Below are positions 1 through 8,577 of a stretch of 64,000 nucleotides of DNA, piece after piece. The notes beneath the pieces are model-generated. The model was not told the DNA's origin. It made no database searches and was given only the letters and a program-made list of their open reading frames with translations. Source of the DNA: Oligoflexia bacterium. Lineage in GTDB: Bacteria > Bdellovibrionota > UBA1018. The DNA lies in NCBI GenBank assembly GCA_903895855.1, contig CAITVN010000076.1, positions 7,124-71,123 of the forward strand, in the 5' to 3' direction. Position 1 is the stretch's first letter. The number at the start of each line of letters is the position of its first letter. A program made the position numbers and the translations under genes.

Positions 1-393
1 AATGAGTTGCACTTGCGCTTGTTCGATTTCGACAACCCGAGCTTCAAATTTTTTAAACTCTTCAGACGATTTCGATTGTCCTGAATTGTCTGCTTGAAGT
101 TTTCGCTCTAGGTCTTCAATTCGTCCGGTCAGGCGGGTGATCTCTTGTTTGATTTCATCAAGCACGTACGAGTCGCCTTTGACCTCGCCACTCGGTTCGC
201 CCGGTGCGCCTTTTTTTGCAATCACGGTGGGTTCTTTTTCGGCGCCTGGGTCAGCTTGAGCTTGGCTGCCGCCTTCATCTCGCAATTGAGCTCGGCTCTT
301 GAGACAACCCGAGTTCAAGGCTGCGATGACGCAGATCAGTAAAAGATTAGGGATGAAGGTTACAAAAACGAGTTTTGAAAAATTCTTGATCAT
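1..393 (-). CDS. lipoprotein with coiled-coil region, partial (3' end outside window)
   Basis: My own translation from the minus-strand ATG at 393-391 stays open to the window edge. It reads MIKNFSKLVFVTFIPNLLLICVIAALNSGCLKSR (lipobox LNSGC), then the heptad-like DEIKQEITRLTGRIEDLERKLQ. It is co-directional with and downstream of pal. It is absent from the ORF track because there is no stop codon in the window. Confidence 0.5.
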   Translation of the reverse strand, partial: MIKNFSKLVFVTFIPNLLLICVIAALNSGCLKSRAQLRDEGGSQAQADPGAEKEPTVIAKKGAPGEPSGEVKGDSYVLDEIKQEITRLTGRIEDLERKLQADNSGQSKSSEEFKKFEARVVEIEQAQVQLI

Positions 394-454
394 GATGCAA
401 AAGACTATGACATCGACGACTTAAAGACAAGAGTTGGGAGGAGTCGGTTAGCAG

Positions 455-943
455 TTATTTGCCCGGAGCCGGGGCTCCGCCGCCACTCGAGTCTGAACCT
501 TTTGGGTTGGGATCAAAGGGCGTTGCCGTCGGAGTGGGGTATTCGTAGGGAGTCGCAGGCTGAGTCGCTAGTGGGTCTGGGGCAATGACTTCAGCGCGGG
601 TAGCTCCATTTTTCAACGACTCGAACTCGGCCATTTCGGCAAAGCGCCTAGCCTTGTCGGCGTATTCTTTGGCTAAGTCAAAATTTTTGAGTTTGTACTC
701 ATTTTTGGCTCTAAAGAACCATTCGTTTGATTGGCGGTAGAGCTCAGGGGCGAGGGTTTCGGCTTGCACTTCTTTGGCTGCCTTGATGGCCGCCTGGGTG
801 TCAGACATGGTTTGTACGGGTCGAGTCGCGACCAGTGAGCAGCTGACGGTGGCTGATAAAAAAAGAGGAAGCCAGCGATAGATCACCGGCTTCCTCAAAA
901 GAAACTTCAGGTCGAAGATCGATGCTCGACCCATAGATTTCAT
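455..943 (-). CDS. DUF4398-like lipoprotein
   Basis: 162-aa ORF with a hydrophobic N-terminus ending ATVSC. The helical A/K/E-rich core (AAIKAAKEVQAETLAPELYRQSNEWFFRAKNEY, LAKEYADKARRFAEMAE) is typical of DUF4398 proteins found next to OmpA-family genes. The start codon overlaps the pal stop by 1 nt. Confidence 0.6.
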   Translation of the reverse strand: MKSMGRASIFDLKFLLRKPVIYRWLPLFLSATVSCSLVATRPVQTMSDTQAAIKAAKEVQAETLAPELYRQSNEWFFRAKNEYKLKNFDLAKEYADKARRFAEMAEFESLKNGATRAEVIAPDPLATQPATPYEYPTPTATPFDPNPKGSDSSGGGAPAPGK

Positions 944-1470
944 TATTTTGCTGTAATCACGAAGTTAGCGCGACGATTTTTTGCGTGTGCATCGTCTGCA
1001 GTGCCTTGGTCTAGGAGGCGCTCTTTGCCGTAGCTAATGGTGGTGATGCGCTCAGCAGCAATGCCCATGTCTTGAAGGTATTTCTTCACGGCATTAGCGC
1101 GCTTCTCGCCAAGAGCCAAGTTGTACTGAATTCCACCGCGAACGTCGCAGTGACCTTCAACTTGAATCTTGAGACCAGCGTTGTCTTTCAAGGTCTGCGC
1201 GTTGGTCTTCAGTTTGCCTTTGCCTTCAGCGGTTAGGGCAAATGAATCGTAAGCAAAATTAACGGTTTGAAGACCAGCGGCCTTGCCTGAATCAGAATCG
1301 CCAAGGGTTGAGCCAGTGTCGACGGCAGCGCTTGGTGAGTTCCCGGCAGGAGCTCCTTCATCGGCTTTCTTTTCTTTTGAGCAGCCAGTGACTAGTGCAG
1401 CGGCTAAGGCTAAAGCGGCAAGCAAAGAAAGAGCTGTTTTGAATTGTGTACCTGTTTTTGTATTAGACAT
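943..1470 (-). CDS. pal: peptidoglycan-associated lipoprotein (OmpA-family C-terminal domain)
   Basis: 175 aa with lipobox LVTGC. The OmpA-like peptidoglycan-binding domain shows NFAYDSFALT, VEGHCDVRGGIQYNLALGEKRANAV and NRRANFVI. Confidence 0.9.
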   Translation of the reverse strand: MSNTKTGTQFKTALSLLAALALAAALVTGCSKEKKADEGAPAGNSPSAAVDTGSTLGDSDSGKAAGLQTVNFAYDSFALTAEGKGKLKTNAQTLKDNAGLKIQVEGHCDVRGGIQYNLALGEKRANAVKKYLQDMGIAAERITTISYGKERLLDQGTADDAHAKNRRANFVITAK

Positions 1471-1580
1471 TAAATTTCTCCTAAATAGATCTGTTGTGAG
1501 GCTACAAAATACTCAAAGCATTTGAAATTGCAATGGGAAATGTACTTGCGCATTCGACACCTCCGTTTCACAATTGGCCT

Positions 1581-2474
1581 ATGTTCAAGATTCGGCTTAT
1601 TTTTCTCGTATTATCGGTGATTTTGTTCATTTCTTCACCCGCGATTTATTCAGCGCAAAATGCTTGGGTTGGGGCTGAAGGCTCGGTCTATGCTCAGGCA
1701 GAAGAGACCGGCACTCCGGTCTATGTTTTTAAGCCTGGCGAGCAGGTTCGAATCGGAAATGAGCCAAAGAATGGTTGGTATGCGGTGTTGTTGCCGCCGG
1801 GAGCCAAGGTCAAAACGGGTTGGATTTCGTCTTCAAATATTCTGACCCAGCAACAAAAGTCAGACATGCGTGGCGGTGGCCTCTCGCAGGTCGCCCCGGT
1901 TTCTCGAAAAGCGGCCTTTCGGCAGTGGTCAATTGAAGGTGAGTACAATGTTCTCTTGGTCGGGGCAAACGACTTTCAAGACAAGCTCGGTCTCGTGCCC
2001 ACGGCTTTTTATGCCAGTATGCCGGGGGGGCTGATTGGTTTTCGTCCGACCCTCGACTGGAATCTCGGCATTCGCGTCGGAATGATCGCGTTCACCGGGG
2101 TATTTTCGAACGCTGAAGCAGGCCTAGTGGGTTCGTATGTTGGTAAAGGCACTTATGTTGGGGCATTGTTTCAGTACCTGTTGTGGAATAGTCGGCCCTG
2201 GGCCTTAGATATTGGCTTTGGTGGCGGCATGCTTGTGGGAGGGGGTCTGACTGCGGTTTTGAATGGCGTGACTTTGGTCGGTTCGTCTTTTTCTGCCCCC
2301 GGATTTGATGGTAATCTTACGTTTCGGCTTTATCCCTTTGGCGACATGGTGGGGCTCTATGCCAGGGCCGGGTACCTTTACCTTTTGCAAAAGACGACGA
2401 CAATTAATGCAGTGGCTGCGGGAGCCAAATACGGTGGCCCGGTCTTTGGCGGCGGGTTGATGGTCGATTTGTAA
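1581..2474 (+). CDS. secreted SH3b-domain protein with Gly-rich C-terminal region (possible beta-barrel)
   Basis: The ATG at 1581 gives the signal peptide MFKIRLIFLVLSVILFISSPAIYSAQNA. An SH3b-like segment follows (VYAQAEETGTPVYVFKPGEQVRIGNEPKNGWYAVLL...GWISSSNI). The track ORF begins 48 nt upstream at an alternative start. Confidence 0.6.
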   Translation: MFKIRLIFLVLSVILFISSPAIYSAQNAWVGAEGSVYAQAEETGTPVYVFKPGEQVRIGNEPKNGWYAVLLPPGAKVKTGWISSSNILTQQQKSDMRGGGLSQVAPVSRKAAFRQWSIEGEYNVLLVGANDFQDKLGLVPTAFYASMPGGLIGFRPTLDWNLGIRVGMIAFTGVFSNAEAGLVGSYVGKGTYVGALFQYLLWNSRPWALDIGFGGGMLVGGGLTAVLNGVTLVGSSFSAPGFDGNLTFRLYPFGDMVGLYARAGYLYLLQKTTTINAVAAGAKYGGPVFGGGLMVDL

Positions 2475-2625
2475 TGGCGAGTTGGGGTCTGTGGGGGGAG
2501 GTCGGGTGGTGGTTGGCTTGAGCCGCTAGCCTTGAGCCGCTAGCCTGTCCGGCTATTGCGATTTGCTACCACGATTTTTCAATTCTCGGATTTTTGAGCC
2601 ACTCCGGAGTGTTGGTTTTCTGAGT

Positions 2626-2643
2626 AACTCCGGCGCCGGAGTT
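2626..2643. repeat. REP-like 18-nt palindrome AACTCCGGCGCCGGAGTT, copy A
   Basis: Perfect 18-mer between convergent genes (2474 and 2814). A shorter palindrome CACTCCGGAGTG lies at 2600-2611. Confidence 0.6.
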
Positions 2644-2813
2644 CGGGGCGACTGGCTCGAGTAGCGAATGATAAGCGGCGAGCGTAGAACGTCGAGCGGC
2701 GAGTGATGACTGATGGGCGTAGAGTTGTGACCGTAAACTGATGAATGATGAAACCCATCGTACAAAGACACGAATCTATTCTAGAGGCGAGACCCTAGCC
2801 AACAGACGCGAAC

Positions 2814-4520
2814 CTAACCTACGTAGACTTCATCTTGTTCGATTTTGCTCAGCACCCAGTCGAACTCACCTGATACGATTCTCGACTGGCAATAAGTGCA
2901 AGTGCCAGCCATGCTGATGTTGAGTTCTGCTCCGCACGCTGGGCAGCAGGTCGCGCTTTCTTTAACTGGGGGTTTGAAGTGGTTGCTTCGAATAAGGGTC
3001 CAGTATTCACTGAATTGCCGAACTTTAGTTGCGTTGCCCGACACAATGTTCTTGGTTGACTGGTTGATGGTGTAGTCAAGCATTCGGGCGTAAACTCTCA
3101 CCGTCACGCTCTGATAATGCAAATCGACGGTGACCTTAACGGGTTTGAATTTTTCAACCGTGATTTGCTCGATGACATTTCGTAGATTTTGTTTTTTGTA
3201 GTTATTGATCCAGTACAAATGAGATTCAAATAGTGCATCGGTTTCAAAGGGGCGCGCTTTTTGCCATTTCTGTGAGCTCCACGCTTCTTGTAGTTGCAGA
3301 AAAATTTGATTGATTTTGACGATCACCGAATTCAAATCAACTAAGGTGCTGTTTTTCTCGAAATCGGGATCAACCAGCGAAGGTAGGTTGGTACCCACTT
3401 CGACATCTCCGCCATCGATTGCGGGTGGTTTGGCCGTTTCACTGTGAGATATGCGCGTGACCAGCCAATCGAATTCGCCATTGCGATTAACTTGTTGGCA
3501 CGATTTGCAGGCTCCTCGTTCATCGCATTCACCACTCGCTCCACATGCCGGGCAACTCAGTTGCCGTATATTTTTCGGTGGTTTAGTTTTCGCGCCCGGG
3601 CTTCTAAACAGGTTCCATTTTTCAACAACGTAAAGCTCCTGGCCATTTTGGCGGTAGTTCGCCTCAAAAGAAACTGCGGCCTCGTAGCCTTTGCTAGAAT
3701 GTGCGGTGATGCGTTCAATGACCATTGCGCCGATAATGATTTCGTCTGCGGTGGTGGGGGTTGAAGCCTGCGTCGGTGTGAGTGGTTGCGTCGGTGCCGT
3801 TTGGTTTGGTACTTGCCCCAAAAGGTCGGGAGCAAAGTAATGTTGTAGGGCGCTTGGATTTTTCGAGTTGGCGTGTGTATGAAACTGATGAAAAAGAAGG
3901 TTCAAAAAATCTTCTAGTAGCACTATCGAGAAGCCTGGGTCGAGTTTTCGGACTTGCTGAATTTGAGATGAAAGGGTTGATGAACGCACTAAGGCACGGT
4001 CTGGCGATTTCAAAGAGCCCATCGAGAGAGTCGATCGGTTAGATGTTTTGCTTCGACTGCGGGTAATCAAGACGGCGATGCCGATCAACCCAAGGTCAAT
4101 CGGAATGCCGACTTTTGGATGCTCGATAGTCAACTCAATTAGCGCTTGGGCCAAGTTGAGCAAAACTTCAATTCCCACTTCGGCAAGAAATTCGACTAGC
4201 GCACCGGCGATATCGTCTGAGCCTCCGCCACTGCCTCCACCGGGGCTTGAGAATCCTCCACCCCCGCCCAATCTGGCCCACGATTGTGAGCTTGACAGTG
4301 AGATGACTGCCGCGACGCTGCCCATGACAGCTGTGAAAAATAGTGGTGAAGTCCAAATGTGCTGGCTGTTGAGCAGCCATGAGCGCAAGCGTGCCGATGA
4401 TCGAGTTGAAAAACTGAGAATCGAATGCAGTCGAATGCTGGGTTGGGTGATCGTGCTTCGCGCGTGGGGGGCTAGTTGCCGATTTTTACGTGTCATTTGA
4501 ATCACCAGATTCACTGCCAA
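2814..4520 (-). CDS. membrane-anchored protein with two zinc-ribbon plus Tim44-like modules
   Basis: There is a Gly-rich stretch GGGGGFSSPGGGSGGGSDD after an N-terminal hydrophobic segment. Two repeats of a CxxC...CxxC ribbon are each followed by GEFDW (CPACGASGECDERGACKSCQQVNRNGEFDWLVTRI; CCPACGAELNISMAGTCTYCQSRIVSGEFDWVLSKI). The start is uncertain: the first 35 nt overlap the upstream gene, and an alternative ATG lies at 4496. Confidence 0.65.
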   Translation of the reverse strand: MAVNLVIQMTRKNRQLAPHARSTITQPSIRLHSILSFSTRSSARLRSWLLNSQHIWTSPLFFTAVMGSVAAVISLSSSQSWARLGGGGGFSSPGGGSGGGSDDIAGALVEFLAEVGIEVLLNLAQALIELTIEHPKVGIPIDLGLIGIAVLITRSRSKTSNRSTLSMGSLKSPDRALVRSSTLSSQIQQVRKLDPGFSIVLLEDFLNLLFHQFHTHANSKNPSALQHYFAPDLLGQVPNQTAPTQPLTPTQASTPTTADEIIIGAMVIERITAHSSKGYEAAVSFEANYRQNGQELYVVEKWNLFRSPGAKTKPPKNIRQLSCPACGASGECDERGACKSCQQVNRNGEFDWLVTRISHSETAKPPAIDGGDVEVGTNLPSLVDPDFEKNSTLVDLNSVIVKINQIFLQLQEAWSSQKWQKARPFETDALFESHLYWINNYKKQNLRNVIEQITVEKFKPVKVTVDLHYQSVTVRVYARMLDYTINQSTKNIVSGNATKVRQFSEYWTLIRSNHFKPPVKESATCCPACGAELNISMAGTCTYCQSRIVSGEFDWVLSKIEQDEVYVG

Positions 4521-5169
4521 AATCGGGAAGATTGCTCAGTCGAGAAACCTCGTTAGTGGGGGGGAGTACTTGACCCAAGAAGACTCCAAATGTGCCGAAA
4601 AATTCTGCTAGGTGTTTGGCTGCGTTTTTTCGGAGTCTCGGACGGCAGGCCCGATTGAATTGGCGGGAATAGCGATCCCAGTGAGGGCCGATTGCGTTTC
4701 GTGCGCCTTCATCTGCGAGCATGAGGCCTGATCTTTCAGTGATTGAATAATACAGGAGTATGCCGGCGTTTGCCCGCGCGGTGTGAATTTGCTTTTCGTA
4801 AAATTGGCGGTGGGCAGATTTCTCGACCTGCAGGCGTTTTCGTTTTCGGGTCGCTAGTATTTTTTCGAACCGAAAAAGTTTTGCCAATCCAACTCCGAGA
4901 ATGAAGGCAAACAGTTGAGTTAAAACGACAGCGGTCGCAGAAAGAGGGCGAGTTGAAGCGTGAAGGCCGATAACTGAGAGTAGGGTGGTGGCAAGGCCCG
5001 CGAGATAGTGAAGGTCTTGATAGGTTCCAGAAAAATCTTTGATTACCAGCACCACTTCTGCGCAGGTGTGGGCTTCGAGTCTATCGATAGTTTTTTCGAG
5101 TGTGGCAATTTGAGATTTCGTTAAGCGCATTTGTTGTGAATTGTCTGGCCGATATCGTGGGGCTGTCAA
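4486..5169 (-). CDS. TPM (TLP18.3/Psb32/MOLO-1)-like domain membrane protein
   Basis: 227 aa. The N-terminal LTKSQIATLEKTIDRLEAHTCAEVVLVIKDF resembles the start of a TPM phosphatase-like domain and is followed by TM segments. It lies directly upstream of the Tim44-like gene on the same strand. Confidence 0.55.
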   Translation of the reverse strand: MTAPRYRPDNSQQMRLTKSQIATLEKTIDRLEAHTCAEVVLVIKDFSGTYQDLHYLAGLATTLLSVIGLHASTRPLSATAVVLTQLFAFILGVGLAKLFRFEKILATRKRKRLQVEKSAHRQFYEKQIHTARANAGILLYYSITERSGLMLADEGARNAIGPHWDRYSRQFNRACRPRLRKNAAKHLAEFFGTFGVFLGQVLPPTNEVSRLSNLPDFGSESGDSNDT

Positions 5170-5282
5170 TGTTTAGATTTAATTCTGTGGCTATTCTGAT
5201 TTCGCCTATTGCATAGAAAGGTTGAATTGCTGTGGCTCGATTGTGGTGAAAACCGAGAGAGCTGCTGACTGCTGAGACTAGT

Positions 5283-6245
5283 GTGATTGAAAAAAATGCA
5301 AATGAAAGCAATGCAATTGGAGGCGATGTAAATGAAAAAAATTCGAAGTCGAGTCATTTTTGGTGGGCTGTTTCGTGTATTGTCACTTATGTCTTTGGTT
5401 ACTATTCGGCTCAATTATTCGGTTTTGCCTCTACTTCTGTTGGGCCGATGCCCGCAAATGGCTCAATAAAAGAAAAAAAGAGACAGTTTGTGATTGAGCA
5501 AGGAAGGGTATATTCACGCCAATTAGACCACAGCGGCGAGGTTAATTTTGAGGGGCCGGGATTGAAGCCGAGTCACGCGAGAAAATTAAGGGATCTCCCT
5601 TTGCTGGTGCTGCAGCAGGCATACGAACAAAAGAAAGAGGAAGTAGAGGATGAGGCGATTGACCCTGTTTTTCGAAAAATCACTAGTCTTGATGAAAAAA
5701 ATGCTCGGCTACAGGATGACTTTGCCCGCCTCACTCCCAGTTTTATCAGAAGTACTTATTGGTTGTCTAAAACTGAAGTTGAATTGGGGGGAGTAGCGAG
5801 CGTTGTCCGGTTTTTTTTGCGGTTCTATGGCAGCGATCAAGCTGAACATTCAAACCCTTTGGCGAGAGCTCAAGGAGGTTTTCATTCGGATGGGCCGGCA
5901 AATTCTTTAGGGTCATCTGTCGAACCAGCCAATCTAGCGGTCCATCTCGGAGTCAGTTTCTCATTGCGATCTTATCGCACTTGGGAGGGGATGGATCCGC
6001 ACCTTGAACACCTTCGGGAAAAAGATGGGCGTTTATTTGGAGTCGTGTTTGTCGACGATTTCAAAGCAAAAAGGCATTTTAGCCATATAGCGATCTCTTT
6101 ACCAATTAGCGGAAGTACGGAGGGTGTTGTTCAGCTACTCAATGCTCAAAACTTGAAGTGGTCCGAAATTTTGACTATTCGATGGGCTTCGGTTTCTCGA
6201 GCAGAATACGAAAGTGAACAGAATGCTTTAGGTAAAATTCGTTAG
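5283..6245 (+). CDS. hypothetical membrane-anchored protein
   Basis: 320-aa ORF with one predicted TM helix (FWWAVSCIVTYVFGYYSAQLFGF). I recognised no motif. The GTG start is uncertain. Confidence 0.45.
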   Translation: MIEKNANESNAIGGDVNEKNSKSSHFWWAVSCIVTYVFGYYSAQLFGFASTSVGPMPANGSIKEKKRQFVIEQGRVYSRQLDHSGEVNFEGPGLKPSHARKLRDLPLLVLQQAYEQKKEEVEDEAIDPVFRKITSLDEKNARLQDDFARLTPSFIRSTYWLSKTEVELGGVASVVRFFLRFYGSDQAEHSNPLARAQGGFHSDGPANSLGSSVEPANLAVHLGVSFSLRSYRTWEGMDPHLEHLREKDGRLFGVVFVDDFKAKRHFSHIAISLPISGSTEGVVQLLNAQNLKWSEILTIRWASVSRAEYESEQNALGKIR

Positions 6246-6279
6246 AGTTGGGTAGTCTATGTTGATGTTTTGTTTATCT

Positions 6280-7461
6280 CTAGTTTCTCTTGAGCTCAGA
6301 TTCAATCTTGCCTAATCCAAAAATCTGCGTAGCAAAGAATAAATTGTGAGCGCGGCAAGTCGTTCGAAGTTCTTTTAGTTCGTCTGAGCCTCCCATGCTT
6401 TTCGGAAAAATGTGGTCAATTTGTAAAAGTGATTGCGAATCGCACCTTCGGCCAGTCTTTTGGCTGACGAATGTGCAGCGGTAGCCGTCGCGCTGTAGGA
6501 CTTGCTTGCGGATTTGTTGCGTGAGGGATTTTCTTGGTTGAGGTTGAGGTTGAGGTTGAGGTTGAGGTTGAGGTTGAGGTTGAGGTTGAGGTTGAGGTGT
6601 CTCGGATCCGGGTGATTGTTGAAGTTGGGCTTTAGGTGTTTTGCTCATCAACTCCGGCGCCGGAGTTGACTTCACAACTGCGCTTTGGCTCTTTTCGTTG
6701 GCGTTGGCGTTGGCGTTGGCGTTGGCGTTGGCGTTGGCGTTGGCGTTCGTGAGGCCAAAATTTTCCTCTCCTTCTTTGCCCGCGCTGTCTTTTTTTGTAG
6801 GTCTGGGTTGTCTGTTTTTTCTAAATTGCACGAGGGCTTCTTTAGTCAGGATTTTAAAAAGGGTACCAAAATTCGGATTTGCGTCTTTATTCGAGACCAG
6901 TTGACGAGCTTCAGTCAGAAGAGTCATTAATTCTTTGTCAGCGGTGAACGTGATTTGAGTGAGCTCGCCGCTAATCATGCGTTCACGGTCTGGTGGTGGG
7001 GCCAAGGGCGAAAGGGTCGCGAAAATTCGCTGACATTCTCTGGTTGATTTCGATTTTATTTGATTAAATAAGGTTGTCTTTACATTTTCAGGGATTTCTT
7101 TCCGATTTCTTTTCTTTTCAGATCGGATGAAGTGGTGTAGCTGGCTCAGATTGCTGATATTCGTTTCTCCCGATTTAAGGGTATCCTCGATTGAAACGTG
7201 TTTCTCTAGCTCTCGCATCGCTCGCATTGAGGCAACACGTCGTCCTGCCGCGCCCTCAGATAGTTTCAATTGCAGTGTACAAAATTGAAACAGTGAGCTG
7301 TAGCCCAACTCTGCATAAAGCCGCCGTCGCTCAACTTCGCAAAGGTGTTTTAGAAGTTCAGTCGTAATTCGACGTTCTTCGGCCGCAAGATTTTCAGTCT
7401 GTGTAATGAGGTCTTTTTTTGAAAGCGATTGGAGGTAGTTCATTCTGAATGTGATTATCAC
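6280..7461 (-). CDS. HNH endonuclease with long N-terminal domain and low-complexity repeat linker
   Basis: The C-terminal HNH motif region is RDGYRCTFVSQKTGRRCDSQSLLQIDHIFPKSMGGSDELKELRTTCRAHN. The linker contains (NA)8 and (PQ)10, each encoded by a hexanucleotide array. Confidence 0.75.
   Translation of the reverse strand: MIITFRMNYLQSLSKKDLITQTENLAAEERRITTELLKHLCEVERRRLYAELGYSSLFQFCTLQLKLSEGAAGRRVASMRAMRELEKHVSIEDTLKSGETNISNLSQLHHFIRSEKKRNRKEIPENVKTTLFNQIKSKSTRECQRIFATLSPLAPPPDRERMISGELTQITFTADKELMTLLTEARQLVSNKDANPNFGTLFKILTKEALVQFRKNRQPRPTKKDSAGKEGEENFGLTNANANANANANANANANEKSQSAVVKSTPAPELMSKTPKAQLQQSPGSETPQPQPQPQPQPQPQPQPQPQPRKSLTQQIRKQVLQRDGYRCTFVSQKTGRRCDSQSLLQIDHIFPKSMGGSDELKELRTTCRAHNLFFATQIFGLGKIESELKRN
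6535..6597. repeat. hexanucleotide tandem repeat (TTGAGG)n, about 10 units, encodes (PQ)10
   Basis: Direct reading of 6535-6597. The array is in frame within the HNH gene linker. Confidence 0.9.
6650..6667. repeat. REP-like 18-nt palindrome, copy B (inside HNH gene linker)
   Basis: Perfect AACTCCGGCGCCGGAGTT lying between the two hexamer arrays. It is translated in frame as part of STPAPELMS. Confidence 0.6.
6697..6747. repeat. hexanucleotide tandem repeat (GTTGGC)n, about 8.5 units, encodes (NA)8
   Basis: Direct reading. The array is in frame within the HNH gene linker. Confidence 0.9.
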
Positions 7462-7586
7462 AATGATGTTAAAAGTGAAGCCAAAAACAGGTAGTTTTTT
7501 ATTAATAATGATTTATTGGAAATCGAAAAATTGGTAAATATTTGAGTGATTTTTAGTTTGACTGTGTGTCTTTTTTCGCGTCAACC

Positions 7587-7653
7587 CCGCACGACCGCAC
7601 GACCGCACGACCGCACGACCGCACGACCGCACGACCGCACGACCGCACGACCG
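7587..7653. repeat. octanucleotide tandem repeat (CCGCACGA) x8 plus CCG
   Basis: Perfect 8 units read directly. The array is intergenic, 126-192 nt upstream of the HNH start codon (7461) and downstream of ssb. Confidence 0.9.
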
Positions 7654-7854
7654 AAAATAAAATCACCCACCGCGCACTTCGAAAAATCAAGGGGGGTTGA
7701 TCAATTGAAAATGCCCACGGCGGGTGACTGCAAGAGACAAATAGTTCTTAGCGAATTTCAGATTTACATGAAATTTGTGATTGGCTGAATTTGCTGATGG
7801 CTATTAAAGTCTTTCGGCTTATTTCTAGGTTGGGTATCTACTTCGTCGTAGTTC

Positions 7855-8436
7855 TTACGCGCTCATGGCACTCGCTGAAAAGCGCTCGGCTGTATCACCA
7901 GCACCACCAGAACTACCGTCACCTTCAGCATGACCTGCATCAGCGACATGACCAACGACTTCACCGGCCAGCGCATCAGCTGTTGCTCGTTTGAAATCAA
8001 ACCGACTCGCATCAAGAAAATTGATGCGATCGGCGTGAATTTCGAAACTAGTGCGGTTGACTTTCTCTGAGTCACTCCACCGACTGCTTTTGATTCGACC
8101 CTCGACAAAGATTTTAGCACCTTTGGCGAGCCGGTCAGCGCAAGTGTCACCCAATTTGCCCCAAACAATAATTCGGTGCCATTGAGTGATTTCGTCGTAG
8201 TCGCCTCCCGGAGATCGAGGTTGAGCCGAATTTGCCCTATCAGCACCCCCAGTTCCAGCATTGCCGCCGCTATCAGTGCTGGTTGCGCCACCCGGCGCCG
8301 ACCTCACTAGTTCTATTTTCTTACGATAATTAGTCGCAAGGCTCAGTTGAACCACGGAAGTGCCATTTTTTGTTTCTCTTCTAATCGGATCGGCACCGAG
8401 TCTTCCGACTAGAAGTACTTTATTCATATCGCGCAT
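7855..8436 (-). CDS. ssb: single-stranded DNA-binding protein, atypical
   Basis: OB-fold signature MNKVLLVGRLGADPIRRETKNGTSVVQLSLAT ... TQWHRIIVWGKLGDTCADRLAKGAKIFVEGRIKSSRW. The ATG at 8436 is preceded by AAGGAG with 9-nt spacing. The track ORF extends 84 nt further upstream. Confidence 0.8.
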   Translation of the reverse strand: MRDMNKVLLVGRLGADPIRRETKNGTSVVQLSLATNYRKKIELVRSAPGGATSTDSGGNAGTGGADRANSAQPRSPGGDYDEITQWHRIIVWGKLGDTCADRLAKGAKIFVEGRIKSSRWSDSEKVNRTSFEIHADRINFLDASRFDFKRATADALAGEVVGHVADAGHAEGDGSSGGAGDTAERFSASAMSA

Positions 8437-8577
8437 TGAAATACGCTCCTTTCGAGAAGAGAGCGTAATGCGAGAACGGTGCCATATTTCAGAAAAGTAA
8501 ATTAACGGCGAGAGGGCCAATCACGGTTGATCTCCGTGTTGACCCTCTCGCTGTTGTTAGCTGATGAGAAAGCAGTG

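Noticed and set aside
2517-2544. Perfect 14-nt tandem duplication CTTGAGCCGCTAGC x2 downstream of the SH3b gene
   Set aside because: It is real but minimal (two units). It is most simply a local duplication in a non-coding 3' region, and I could attach no function to it.
6535-7653. Short tandem arrays as a possible CRISPR array
   Set aside because: The units are 6-8 nt and contiguous, with no spacers. There is no repeat of 24-48 nt and no cas gene in the window.
7546-7788. ORF 7546-7788 (+), whose product contains RTTARPHD repeats
   Set aside because: The repeat peptide is simply the octanucleotide array read in frame (3 x 8 nt = 24 nt). There is no RBS and the ORF is short, so I treat the region as non-coding.
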